Part shown: in pieces, positions 40,670 to 50,820 of the stretch
How positions within the stretch are numbered: position 1 is the first letter of the stretch
Layout of the letters: every line of letters starts with the position of its first letter
From: an uncultured archaeon
GTDB taxonomy: Archaea; Asgardarchaeota; Thorarchaeia; Thorarchaeales; Thorarchaeaceae
Reading direction: 5' to 3'
Assembly (NCBI GenBank): GCA_964558645.1
Contig: CAZLEV010000015.1
Location: 1-62,138 of the forward strand
DNA: 62,138 bases
Notes under the pieces: generated by a model
What the model was told of the DNA's origin: nothing
The model's input: the letters and a program-made list of their open reading frames with translations, nothing else
Database searches by the model: none
Position numbers and translations under genes: made by a program

Positions 40670-40801
40670 CTTTCAGATCGGAGAAGAGAGAGACCTAATC
40701 TCTCTTTTGGATTCTTATGAAACACCAGAACCCGCAGTCCAGAATTGCTTGGTGCATATAAGACAAGCGTCATATGTTCAGTGGCGACTTGGTAACAGGT
40801 C

Positions 40802-41098
40802 ATGATTCGCATCCACCTCTATGGAATGCTCCGAGCCCTGGTACCCGGAAGCAACGCACACGAAGACACCGTACTCGAACGGGAGGTCACATCGGGAGAT
40901 ACGCTCAATGACCTGCTCAAGGCATTAGGGCTGACACCTGAAGCCGTAGGAGACTGCTTCCTGAACGGACGGTTGGCCGTGCTTTCAGACAGTGTATCTG
41001 ACGGTGACCGAGTCGGGCTATTTCCCTTCAACATGAAACTGATAGATGGGGGCATGCACCTCAAACACCACCCGCAGAGGCGAAACTGGGACTTGTAG
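40802..41098 (+). CDS. MoaD/ThiS/SAMP ubiquitin-like protein
   Basis: IHLYGMLR, FLNG, DGDRVGLFP, internal GG. Confidence 0.82.
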   Translation: MIRIHLYGMLRALVPGSNAHEDTVLEREVTSGDTLNDLLKALGLTPEAVGDCFLNGRLAVLSDSVSDGDRVGLFPFNMKLIDGGMHLKHHPQRRNWDL

Positions 41099-41322
41099 TG
41101 CATGTGACCTGTTTGGCGCCACCAGCAGGTGCATCTATCATTCCTGTCTGAAGAGAGTCTTCGGATGAAGCCAAGATGTATTCTGCGTCAGCATGTCACA
41201 GAGTTCCCTCCGATATTGGCGACAATTGCAGCGGGGGACAGAGAGTTCTATGGGCTGAGACCACAAAGATTGACAGTTTCATGTCAGTGTCGATTAATGT
41301 CAAGACGGGAAAGAGAGAAGGG

Positions 41323-41510
41323 GGCATACCAACAGCTATCGAAAACGTGGACAAAGGTGGACATCTAAGGGTAGGAGTCTATATCCTCCAGCTCATGACT
41401 GAGAGCTGGTCACTCATACACTATCGCTGACCATGACCGAAACCAACCAGTGCCGTTAGCTGGGGGGACAACTCCCTGGTGTCCCAGTCTGTCCAACATT
41501 CAATGAACGG
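41323..41510 (+). mobile_element. Dispersed non-coding element, copy B
   Basis: GGGCATACCAACAGCT ... CATGACTGAGAGCTGGTCACTCA (identical to A) ... CAATGAACGG. Confidence 0.82.
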
Positions 41511-41628
41511 CTAGCAGGGGGTGTTCTTGCGAAGCAGTTCCAGTTCTAGGTCCCCTGCAAGCCATATACTGAACAACGGCAGCGGAATTATGTATCATAA
41601 AACAGTGCTGCCGAGAGTCTTACGAAGT

Positions 41629-42027
41629 CTACCAGCTAGTTCCACGAGATCGCTGAGGGCGTCTGTGGTTCTCCTCAGACATGTTTCTCTCGACATTAAC
41701 TTCCTCAATCTCGTCCTCGGCCTCAATCAACTCGCTCTCGCGGCCGAACTTCAGGCGAAGATTCCCTCTGAACAGCCCTGTATGGGCATTTGTCAGGGTG
41801 TAGGTCTTTCCTACCTCAACATTGTCTATGCTATCATCCCAGAGGGGGACTACAACCGTCCCAGAACTGTCGCCAACAACGGCGTCCGCGACTCTGTGGG
41901 TAGAGTCGTCCCGGCGTGATGTGACTTCTTTCGCATCACTCTTTTCAAGTACTTTAAACGTCACATTGATGTCCCCGAGTCGGGGTTCAAGTTCTGCAAT
42001 TTCGACGTCTCGCGTATCGGATGTCAT
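41629..42027 (-). CDS. ssb: Single OB-fold ssDNA-binding protein, paralog 1
   Basis: VADAVVGDSSGTVVVPLWD, NAHTGLFRG. Confidence 0.88.
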   Translation of the reverse strand: MTSDTRDVEIAELEPRLGDINVTFKVLEKSDAKEVTSRRDDSTHRVADAVVGDSSGTVVVPLWDDSIDNVEVGKTYTLTNAHTGLFRGNLRLKFGRESELIEAEDEIEEVNVERNMSEENHRRPQRSRGTSW

Positions 42028-42220
42028 GTGTATCACTTTTCCACAGGCATTCATAGAAGGAGCGTACCAAAGGAATGCACTGAGAAGCGCAGATTCTCGT
42101 TGCTACGTGACTCTCAATTTCTGCACTGCTACCTCCTCCGTGAAACGCCGACTTATAAACCTCAGGAAGAGATGCCCAAAGGATGCATAGAGCTGAGTTG
42201 AAGAAGACTCAACCTTTGTG

Positions 42221-43189
42221 CTAAGCGTAGAGAGGAGAGAGGGGCTCGTTCCAGCGTTTCAGAGTATCTAGAGTATGAGCGCGTATGTTACCAAGTACGT
42301 ATTTCGTCTTCCAATCGGGGGCTTCTGAGAGCTCAGTGTCCACTCGCTGAAGAAGAGCGCGGAGATGTTTCACGGGATCCTTTGCCCGTTCTCCCCAGTC
42401 CCATATGGAACACCAGATGCGTCCCAGGTGTTCTCCATATGCTTCTACTGCCTCTCTTCGGATCTCGGGAGACACTACTGTGGCAGGATGAAGCCAGGGC
42501 ATATCCGTACCATTGGCCGCAACGCCGAAGATTGCATTGGAGAAGAACCAATAGGATGGAATCTCCAATTCGTTGCTCAGGGCTCTGAATCTGATGGCAC
42601 CTGCCAGTCCGCCTGCAATAGAGTACACCAGAAGCGCTTTCGGGTCAGAGCCCTGTTGTATGGTTGCTCGGATGATCCTCTCCATCGTTCCACCAGTGGC
42701 GACAGTATCACCAATGATGATGAGCCCGTCAGAGGTGAGGGCCTCGAAGTTCTGGTATTCCAGGTCGGTGACCCAGCCTGTGTCAGTCAGTCTGCGTCTG
42801 GCTCCGATGAAACATCTGTTGAGGGTCTCCCCGAAGACATTCCTGAACGCACCACCAAGCCGATAATACAGTGCACCGGCCAACGGAACAATCTCGAACA
42901 CAGAGGAGAGAGTCGAGGTTCTCAGCTCGGGCGACAAGGCATAGGCCGTACGAAGAAAATCCTCGCTACTCTCACGAGCACGCTCTGCAAGCTCTGCGCC
43001 GATGATCCAAGGCTTGAGCAGGATGTCGAGAGCAGGGGCCGACTCGATTATGTAGGTGTTTCTGGGAAGATGATTACTGTCAGCCCTCAGAACTCTTGCG
43101 GAAAGCCCCTCTCCAGCTTCGGTTGGAGTCAGTCTTGTTTCTTCTGCGACTTGCGTTTGATCTCTCATTGCTGTCATCGGCTCATTCAC
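42221..43189 (-). CDS. Phosphoribosyltransferase-like protein
   Basis: LIIIGDTVATGGT PRPP-binding loop. Confidence 0.65.
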   Translation of the reverse strand: MNEPMTAMRDQTQVAEETRLTPTEAGEGLSARVLRADSNHLPRNTYIIESAPALDILLKPWIIGAELAERARESSEDFLRTAYALSPELRTSTLSSVFEIVPLAGALYYRLGGAFRNVFGETLNRCFIGARRRLTDTGWVTDLEYQNFEALTSDGLIIIGDTVATGGTMERIIRATIQQGSDPKALLVYSIAGGLAGAIRFRALSNELEIPSYWFFSNAIFGVAANGTDMPWLHPATVVSPEIRREAVEAYGEHLGRIWCSIWDWGERAKDPVKHLRALLQRVDTELSEAPDWKTKYVLGNIRAHTLDTLKRWNEPLSPLYA

Positions 43190-43427
43190 CTTGCCGGGAG
43201 TTAGTTCCCGTTTTTAGCTCTTGGTTTGTCGGATGATAATGAGAGATTACATGTATACAGGAGAAGAGCGACCAGTTTCGCGACATGGCATCCATAGAGA
43301 GAGATAGACTAGAACAAGACAGGACTGTAATGACCGGTGCATTCGGAGCCGACTTCGAAATCTTGGGACGAGATTCCAGCTTGCCTAACGACACCTTCTT
43401 TACTCCCGCGCGGTCACTAGCAGAACC

Positions 43428-44222
43428 ATGAAGATTGCGGTCGTCGGAAAGGGTGGAGTCGGAAAGACAACTGTAGCGGGAACTCTCGCCCGATTGGTGG
43501 GGGGAGACGGAAAAAGGGTTCTCGCCGTGGATGCAGACCCGAATTACAACCTGTGGTCAGCCATTGGGATTGATAGTAAGCGTGCGGCACAGATTGTTCC
43601 TCTGCTCAATGATGAGAGCCTTATCGAAGACAGAACGAAGAGGAAGATTGTCAAGGTTCTAGGGGAGTACTTTGAACTCAATCCTCGTGTTGAAGATATT
43701 GCAGACAAGTTCGCAATCGATGGACCTGATAATGTTCGGCTGCTGGTTGCCGGCACAGTTACAATGGGGGACTCGGGATGCATGTGTCCCTCTGCAGCAC
43801 TGCTCAAGGCATTGATTCGACACCTGACGCTCCAAGAAGATGAGGCGTTCATCATGGACATGGACGCAGGGATTGAGAATCTGGGAAGGGGTACGACTAG
43901 GGGAATGGACGCGCTCCTGGTAGTGGTAGAGCCAGGAAAGCGCTCTCTGGAAACCCTGGCAAGGGTCAAGAAACTGGCTGAGGACATCGGGACCGAGACC
44001 GTCTACGCAGTTGCAAACAGGGTTGACGGGCAGAGTGACAGTGACGCCATTGCGGAGTATGCAGAAGATCTGGGAGTGGAGATACTGAGCTATGTCCCAC
44101 GTGACCCTACACTCAAGAGAGCCGATCTGAAAGGGATTGCCCCACTCGATATGCCTGAACAGGGTCCCGCAATGGAAGAGATTCGAGCACTGAAAGTGAG
44201 ACTCCTAGAAGTTCTCAACTAG
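43428..44222 (+). CDS. cooC: CooC-like nickel-insertion ATPase
   Basis: GKGGVGKTT, GCMCP, DMDAGIENLGRG. Confidence 0.9.
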   Translation: MKIAVVGKGGVGKTTVAGTLARLVGGDGKRVLAVDADPNYNLWSAIGIDSKRAAQIVPLLNDESLIEDRTKRKIVKVLGEYFELNPRVEDIADKFAIDGPDNVRLLVAGTVTMGDSGCMCPSAALLKALIRHLTLQEDEAFIMDMDAGIENLGRGTTRGMDALLVVVEPGKRSLETLARVKKLAEDIGTETVYAVANRVDGQSDSDAIAEYAEDLGVEILSYVPRDPTLKRADLKGIAPLDMPEQGPAMEEIRALKVRLLEVLN

Positions 44223-44380
44223 ATATGGTACAAGAATTCCCCAAGAAAAGACCGAAAAGAAATAGATTCGAGGACTGCAAGATTCGCGTTTCGCTACCTC
44301 TCGCAAGTCACTCATTCAAGTTATTGCGGGCAGGCCACTCTCAGCCTGTCCCAGTCCGTGTATGATTGGCGATCGTGGCT

Positions 44381-44779
44381 TTACCAGCTTGTGCGGCGAG
44401 AGCTGCGCCTGCGGCTGTGATCAACCTCAGACATGTCTCGCTCCACATTTACTTCCTCAATCTCATCATCAACCTCTTTTAGCTCGCTCTCGCGACCGAA
44501 CTTCAGGCGGAGATTGCCTCGGAAGAGCCCTGTGTGGGCGTTAGTCAGCGTGTATGTCTCTCCAACTTCTACATTCTCAATGCTATCGTCCCATAGTGGG
44601 ACTACAACTGTGGCTGTGTTGTCGCCAACGACGGCGTCAGCCACACGGTGAGTCGAACCGTCACTTCGTGAAGTGACTTCGTTTACATCGCCCTTCTCAA
44701 GCACCTTAAAGGTTACATCAATGTCGCCCATGCGGGGCTCAAGGTCTGCGATCTCTGTTTCTCGTGTTTCTGATATCAT
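44381..44779 (-). CDS. ssb: Single OB-fold ssDNA-binding protein, paralog 2
   Basis: Highly similar to 41629..42027. Confidence 0.88.
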   Translation of the reverse strand: MISETRETEIADLEPRMGDIDVTFKVLEKGDVNEVTSRSDGSTHRVADAVVGDNTATVVVPLWDDSIENVEVGETYTLTNAHTGLFRGNLRLKFGRESELKEVDDEIEEVNVERDMSEVDHSRRRSSRRTSW

Positions 44780-44990
44780 GTATATCACTTGCTCGTAACA
44801 GGCGTCCAAAAAAAGAAACGTATCAAAGAAGCATGCCATGGTTGGCTGCTTGCGTGTTCAACTTAACTCCTAATATTCGCGCTGTAGTTTCAGCTCAGGA
44901 GGCTGCCCTTATAAACCTCAGGGAACGAAGGAAGCATAACTAGGCAAAAGAATGAAGAAAGACATCCACTACATGGCAGTTCTAAGACAG

Positions 44991-46319
44991 TCACGGTTTT
45001 TGTCCCACAACTATGAACTCCACAGGATATGCAATAGAGGTGGCATCAGTCGCCGAAGTGAAGCGGCCTGTCTTCTTGTCTCGCGTCTGAGGGAGAATCT
45101 TAGATGGGATATCCCGCTTGATGACCCGGTCAAGCCGGAACCCGGAATACTGGATGCTCTCAGCAAAGACCTGCGCATTGAGTATGTCTACACCCTTCAG
45201 TGTAGTATTCCCGATGACAAAACAGCATCGCCCACCAGGACGAAGAATCCTGAAGCTCTCATCAAAGACGTGATCCATGTCGCCGAAGAATACAGCTATC
45301 TCATCAGCGGTCCTCTCGTCCTTCTCCCTTACTTGCTCAACCACAGATTGGCCGATCTCGCTTCGGAAGTGAGGAACTCTCGTGGATCGATATGCTGAGC
45401 CTATGAAGTCCTCACGATAGCTGCGCAGATCTGCTGCCAGGTCGAGCCAGATGGTGGACAGCTGATGCAAGTCAGCATACTCGTAGCTTGTCACATAGGG
45501 ACTCGAGGTCACAATGAAATCAACACCCTCGTCTTCAACATGCTGCTGCCGCGCGTCTCCGCGACGTATGTCGAGGTACTCGTCTAGGTCGGATCGGACA
45601 GATTTGGGAACCACCTCATAGAACTCCCTGTTACCTCTCGCCATCCTCCGTAGATGCCTCTTCAAGGCCACATAGGGCCTTGTGGGACTCTTATCCATAT
45701 GACGTGTTGGTTTCGTGCTCCTCTGCAACCAGACGGAACAGGTCTTGAGAATGTGACTGAACCCTACCAACAAAAATGTCCGTATCCGCGCGTCGCCCTC
45801 TTGGATGATCAGGGTGAGCATCTTTCCGAGCTCTTCTCTGTGCTCTGGTGGAAACCAGTAATCAATCCGCTCAGAATGCCTCTTGGGTATCGTCTTGTCA
45901 ATCTCTTTCGAAGGATGAGGCGGATCTGATGTGATAGCTCTGGCCACTCGGAGAAAGTCCCTGACCTTCTCATCAAGATAGGCTGGCTCAATAGGAGTGG
46001 CCTTCGCCTTTGTGATGAGATGTGCAATCCCGTTGATGTCTGTCCCTGTAGCCCTGTACCCACGAGAGATTGCGCATGCAATTGTCGTCCCACTTCCATA
46101 GAACGGATCGTTAACATGAGCGGTCCCTGTGGGGAGGTATGCATCGAACAGCCTCTCGACAATCTGAGGAATGAACTTCGCGGGATATCTATGATACCCA
46201 TGCGTCCACTTGTTCGTGTCAGAACGAGTGCATTCAGCAAAGCTCCATCCTGCGTCCACTGGAGTGGTCTCAAACAGATGTATAATCCTATCAGAGGTCA
46301 GAGGGGGTCTTGATTCCAT
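44991..46319 (-). CDS. Orphan N4-C/N6-A DNA methyltransferase (motif IV SSPY)
   Basis: THGYHRYPAKF, DPFYGSGT, VTSSPY. Confidence 0.85.
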   Translation of the reverse strand: MESRPPLTSDRIIHLFETTPVDAGWSFAECTRSDTNKWTHGYHRYPAKFIPQIVERLFDAYLPTGTAHVNDPFYGSGTTIACAISRGYRATGTDINGIAHLITKAKATPIEPAYLDEKVRDFLRVARAITSDPPHPSKEIDKTIPKRHSERIDYWFPPEHREELGKMLTLIIQEGDARIRTFLLVGFSHILKTCSVWLQRSTKPTRHMDKSPTRPYVALKRHLRRMARGNREFYEVVPKSVRSDLDEYLDIRRGDARQQHVEDEGVDFIVTSSPYVTSYEYADLHQLSTIWLDLAADLRSYREDFIGSAYRSTRVPHFRSEIGQSVVEQVREKDERTADEIAVFFGDMDHVFDESFRILRPGGRCCFVIGNTTLKGVDILNAQVFAESIQYSGFRLDRVIKRDIPSKILPQTRDKKTGRFTSATDATSIAYPVEFIVVGQKP

Positions 46320-46593
46320 CGTAGATAGGTCCTCAACTGTGTATACTTCTTGCTTGCTCGCACTTCAACTAATCGGTCTATGAAAGGACAACTCCAAGAG
46401 CACAAGGTAATCAGGACAGTTCTGGCAGGACAACAGACCTCAAGACTGACGTTCTGGACGCTTCGTTTCTAGGTAGGCATCACCAGATCATCAGCCATCA
46501 ACAGATTTATCGAATGATATAAATATCTGGATTATCCGATGTTTATGCAACCTTGGCGTCACATAATTTGGGAACAAGAGGTGTAAAGAAAAC

Positions 46594-47688
46594 ATGAAGC
46601 AAGACAACGATTCTGCGGCTGTGGATCATGAGCCCGTTTCGCCACACGGAGAAGAGATTGGTGAAGAAGAGCACAAGGACTTGGGAGTGTTCGAGAAGTA
46701 CTTGCCCCTCTGGGTAGCCATCTGTATGGTCATCGGAATTGTTCTGTCGCTGACGATTCCCGGAGTAGCTGAGGCAATCGATTCGATGCAGATAGGAGGG
46801 ATTTCAATCCCTATAGGGATCTGCCTTTTTCTAATGATGTATCCGGCCATGTTGAATGTTCAGGCCTCTGAGCTACGGAAGATGAGAAAGAAGCCGAGAC
46901 CAATCATGCTGACCCTCTTCTCGAACTGGATAGTGGCGCCTCTGGTGGGTTTTGCACTCGCAAACCTCTTTCTTGCTGGGAATCCTCAGTTGATAGTAGC
47001 AATCATTCTGCTGTCCTCTAGTCCGTGCACAGCCATGGTGCTGGTATGGGGGTACCTAGCCGACGGAAACCAGGAACAGAACGTCCTCAACACGAGCCTG
47101 AATACTGTGACCATCATGATCCTCTATGCCCCTGTTGTTGCCCTCTTCACAGGCATCTCGAATATACCTGTGGATCGATGGCTTCTGGTGATAACCGTGA
47201 TATTGTTCATCGGCATTCCTTTGTTCCTGGGTGTTATCAGCAAAAGGGCCCTCACCGATTGGAAGGGAAGAGAGTGGTTTGACGATGTATACCGCCCTGC
47301 GGTGGGGAGAGTGGCACTCTTGGCGCTGTTGACAACTCTGATAGTGCTGTTCTCACTGAATGGAAGGGTGATGCTGGAGAATCCAGACCTTCTCGTTCTC
47401 GTGTCTGTGCCTCTTCTGCTGGGATTCGTAGTCGTCGTTGGCTACAATCTCATTGTCACCAGACTGGCAGGACTGGCCTATCGTGAGGGCGTGATCACCG
47501 TCCTCATAGGTTCCTCAAGCCACTTTGAGATAGCAATCGCTACAGCCATCTCAATGTATGGTATTGGTTCCATCGCAGCCCTCGGGACCACCATGGGACT
47601 CTTCTGGGAGGTTCCGGTGATGCTGGGATTAGTATATTTTGCAAGATATCTACGCCAGAAAGACTTCTGGAAGGGAGAACCGCTATAG
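46594..47688 (+). CDS. acr3: Acr3 arsenite efflux transporter
   Basis: MMYP, PCTAMVLVW, SHFEIAIA, EVPVM. Confidence 0.93.
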   Translation: MKQDNDSAAVDHEPVSPHGEEIGEEEHKDLGVFEKYLPLWVAICMVIGIVLSLTIPGVAEAIDSMQIGGISIPIGICLFLMMYPAMLNVQASELRKMRKKPRPIMLTLFSNWIVAPLVGFALANLFLAGNPQLIVAIILLSSSPCTAMVLVWGYLADGNQEQNVLNTSLNTVTIMILYAPVVALFTGISNIPVDRWLLVITVILFIGIPLFLGVISKRALTDWKGREWFDDVYRPAVGRVALLALLTTLIVLFSLNGRVMLENPDLLVLVSVPLLLGFVVVVGYNLIVTRLAGLAYREGVITVLIGSSSHFEIAIATAISMYGIGSIAALGTTMGLFWEVPVMLGLVYFARYLRQKDFWKGEPL

Positions 47689-47745
47689 TCATAGGGGATA
47701 GATGGTCTATAGCAGAGGTGCACCCGACCGAAGGAGTGGACCGAA

Positions 47746-48039
47746 ATAGCGAGAGACCAGCAACTCAAATGGAGAGCAGACTTCCACAGTGCGTTGAGTA
47801 ATCCCAACAGGCTGGAGATTATTGACCTTCTTGGAGAGGAGGAAGTATGTCAATGCGATATCTTTCCAGAGATTGGTCTGGCTCAGTCGACGGTGTCATC
47901 CTACTTGGCCCAGATGGTGCGAGCCGGAATCCTGCAGGTTCGCAAGGATGGAACGCGGAAACTGTACAGTGTGAGCGACAAGAGAATCAGCCATGTTGTG
48001 AAAAAGATACGTGAGCTTGCCAGAGACCTGGGGGACTAG
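47746..48039 (+). CDS. arsR: ArsR/SmtB regulator (probable ATA start)
   Basis: FHSALSNPNRLEII, CQCD, QSTVSSYL; the frame has no ATG/GTG/TTG upstream of the conserved helix. Confidence 0.85.
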   Translation: MARDQQLKWRADFHSALSNPNRLEIIDLLGEEEVCQCDIFPEIGLAQSTVSSYLAQMVRAGILQVRKDGTRKLYSVSDKRISHVVKKIRELARDLGD

Positions 48040-48191
48040 AATCGACTTAGCTCTCTGATAGTACTTCGAGATGAATCGGAAGTCGATAGTCCTAGAGTTT
48101 CACAGAGTCGTTTCTGGAAAGACCGTTTCCGCCCAGGAGATTCTAACCACAAATGAAAAGGTATGCCAGTAGATGGAGAGTTGCGGTTGAA

Positions 48192-48378
48192 CCGTTCATT
48201 GTATGTTGGATAGACTTCGATACCAGAGAGTTGTCCCCCCGGTGACGGCACTGGATGGTTTCTGTCGTGGTTAGCGATAATGTGTGAGTGATTGCTATCA
48301 TTCATTGGTCCGAAGATATGAAAATTCATGCTGGGATGTCCAGCTCTTTCCAAGTATTCTGTAGCTGTTGCTATACCC
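48192..48378 (-). mobile_element. Dispersed non-coding element, copy C
   Basis: GGGTATAGCAACAGCT ... CCAGTGCCGT...GGGGGGACAACTC ... CAATGAACGG on the minus strand. Confidence 0.8.
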
Positions 48379-48399
48379 AGAACCCTACTGCGTAATGCT

Positions 48400-48774
48400 T
48401 TACTTACTAGCTGTCCGTTCTCGGCACCGTTCTCGATAGCCAATAGCAATGGAGGAAACTATGCAGAGGAAGAAGGGACTGGTGATTACAAACAGCCAGC
48501 CGATGAGAAGGGGAACATCGGCATTGGAGAGAGAAAGGATCCAAGAGATTGGTAACTGCATGAGTATCAGAGCAACTACTAAAACTACAGCATCGATGTA
48601 CAGGTCTCCCGCTGCGCGACATGAGAAGGAACAGTAGTTCCGCCTGAAAGAGCCAGCGAAGAAGTGCCGCTCTAGCCAACTTGTGTTCTTCCCACACCAA
48701 GCACATCGCTGTGCAGTATCCCCGTATCTTCCACGCTTTGGATACTCATACCTGTCAGAATAATCTTCTCGCAA
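48400..48774 (-). CDS. Zn-finger (CxWC...YCSxxC) two-TM protein
   Basis: CAWCG, NYCSFSC, two hydrophobic helices. Confidence 0.65.
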   Translation of the reverse strand: MREDYSDRYEYPKRGRYGDTAQRCAWCGKNTSWLERHFFAGSFRRNYCSFSCRAAGDLYIDAVVLVVALILMQLPISWILSLSNADVPLLIGWLFVITSPFFLCIVSSIAIGYRERCRERTASK

Positions 48775-48997
48775 CTAGGTGTCTCCCTATCAATGGATTA
48801 CGACTAACCGCTGAATCTTTCATTTGAACACCATATGAGCTTACTGCCATGATCTCGGGATTAGGCCAAAAAGAGAATGCCAGCAGAGATAACCGAGAGG
48901 TGTTCACTGTCCGTTGTCGAATAATTGATCATGCCAGGACGTTGGATGTCTGGCCAATCCTAAGTGAAACTAAATCCAAGTTGACAAAGAAAGAGGA

Positions 48998-49023
48998 TGA
49001 AGAGAGTATCTGAACTCTCTTCA
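48998..49023 (-). terminator. Hairpin downstream of dps
   Basis: TGAAGAGAG...CTCTCTTCA, followed by a pyrimidine tract on the minus strand. Confidence 0.5.
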
Positions 49024-49053
49024 CTGTATAGTGAGCCTATGTTATGCTTGCAC

Positions 49054-49608
49054 CTATTCGGGGAGGAACCTGCGAACAAAGGGGGAGGTCTCGCCTCGGC
49101 GCATGAAGTGACCAGACGGTCCTTCGCCAAGGAACTCTGAAAACCAAGACTCGTGTTCTATCTCTTCGTTGAGAATAGATAGAGCAAGCTCATAGGTCCG
49201 ATGGTCTTTCCCTGCGGTCATGTGACAGATCTCAGTGTAACCTCGGACTGCACAGCGTTCAGCACCTACAAGGACCTTCAATATTTCCTGCACATCTGTG
49301 GGGTCTTTGGGAAGACTGGCAGGGGGACACGCTGAAATGTTGTGGAAATCCACCATGTTCTCTGGAAGCTGGCCACCAAGCTCGTAGATACGTGGGACCA
49401 ATGCCTCAAAGTGATTCCGGTCCTCTATCCGGGCGGCCTCTGCAATCTCCTTCACTCCCTCACCCTCAAGCCCGATGAGATTTGCCCGAAGAATAGTGTA
49501 GTAGTAGTATGTTGTCAGCTCAGCAGCTGCGTTCTTGACGAGAAGATCGAGGAGCTTGTCTACATCGACTCCAGCCTTCTCAACCATCTCTCTTGCGACT
49601 CTTGCCAT
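49054..49608 (-). CDS. dps: DPS-like (DpsL) protein
   Basis: [36 protein letters not shown]. Confidence 0.93.
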   Translation of the reverse strand: MARVAREMVEKAGVDVDKLLDLLVKNAAAELTTYYYYTILRANLIGLEGEGVKEIAEAARIEDRNHFEALVPRIYELGGQLPENMVDFHNISACPPASLPKDPTDVQEILKVLVGAERCAVRGYTEICHMTAGKDHRTYELALSILNEEIEHESWFSEFLGEGPSGHFMRRGETSPFVRRFLPE

Positions 49609-49702
49609 CTATTATTTCACCTTGCTACTAAATCGAAGTGACTTGTATTTAACTATTACTTTCCATAACCTTATTATGTTAGACAACTAGCATCAACCTG
49701 CG

Positions 49703-50098
49703 ATGAACCGTCTCAGAAAACATGGACTCCGTCTGACCCCACAGCGAGCTGCAATACTAACGATTCTGGAGAGTAAGGGAAAACTCCACCCCTCATTCTC
49801 AGAGATATGCGAGGGAGTCAGAGTAAGACATCCGAATGTAAGCCAGTCCACTGTGCTCAAGAACCTGGTGACATTCGAGGAATTAGGCATTGTTCGTAGC
49901 TTTTCATTTCGGGGAGAAACACATTACGAGCTGAATGCTGCTCCACACGTGAACTTCGTGGACAAAGAGGGAAGAATCACGGACATTGACGATGAGAAGG
50001 TACGAGACATTCTTGACGAACTCGTCCAGACCATAAAGAAGCGCACCGGGATGAACACAGGCAACCTGCTTGTCATGATGGAAGCCAAGAGAACCTAG
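49703..50098 (+). CDS. Fur/PerR family regulator (Cys-less C-terminal domain)
   Basis: LRLTPQRAAIL, HPS, SQSTVLKNL, YELN..PH; divergent from dps. Confidence 0.88.
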   Translation: MNRLRKHGLRLTPQRAAILTILESKGKLHPSFSEICEGVRVRHPNVSQSTVLKNLVTFEELGIVRSFSFRGETHYELNAAPHVNFVDKEGRITDIDDEKVRDILDELVQTIKKRTGMNTGNLLVMMEAKRT

Positions 50099-50244
50099 AA
50101 GAACCGGCTGCACACCTCGAAACAACCCACATCATGATACAACGTACCCCGTCAGTGGAGAACAGATGGAAGAGATCTCTCGGACTGCCGAACTACGAAT
50201 GGGCAGACAGGGAGGGGTCTGAGTGACTACATTCACCAAGTAAC

Positions 50245-50820
50245 TCACCTGTGTGTGAGTAAATCGTGTTGAGCAGTTGTGATCTCCTCTGGATGCAAAG
50301 GGATATTCTCAAGACTGGGGGGCTTGGCATCAACAAGTGCTGGAAGAACGCACAGTTCTGTTGCTTCCAGCCAGTTCTGCATTCTATCTCTCACAACGTC
50401 CTTCGAATTATCTCGTTGAACCGGCTCCAGACTCTGAATGCCAAATCCATCAAGTAGCAACGAGTAGTTCAGAACGCCTGAGGTTGTCTTCTGCTCTCCC
50501 GTAGTTACGTAGGCACGGTTGTCAAGAATCAGAATATGCAGATTCTTCGGTCGAACAAAGGAGGTGGTGGTCAGTGAGCTCAGCCCCATCAGGAGATTGC
50601 CATCGCCAAGGATGGTGAGAACCTTTCTTTCAGGCTGGCTCATCGCTACTCCCAGACCCACGGAAACAGGAAGACCCATACTGCCTCGAAGGTAGATCTG
50701 AGGGCGTGGGAGATAGTGATAGACCTGGCGACTGATGTTGCCATTACTGCTGACAATCAGTTCGTTCCCGGTGAGGAGCGACGCAAGTTCTTGGATGACC
50801 TCATACCCGTACATTGTCAC
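50245..50820 (-). CDS. comE: Sulfopyruvate/phosphonopyruvate decarboxylase beta subunit
   Basis: GSMG, GDGNLLM...N ThDP motif. Confidence 0.78.
   Translation of the reverse strand: MTMYGYEVIQELASLLTGNELIVSSNGNISRQVYHYLPRPQIYLRGSMGLPVSVGLGVAMSQPERKVLTILGDGNLLMGLSSLTTTSFVRPKNLHILILDNRAYVTTGEQKTTSGVLNYSLLLDGFGIQSLEPVQRDNSKDVVRDRMQNWLEATELCVLPALVDAKPPSLENIPLHPEEITTAQHDLLTHR

Noticed and set aside
48036-48449. 137-aa minus-strand ORF
   Set aside because: It runs across element copy C and the frame is not conserved in the other copies.
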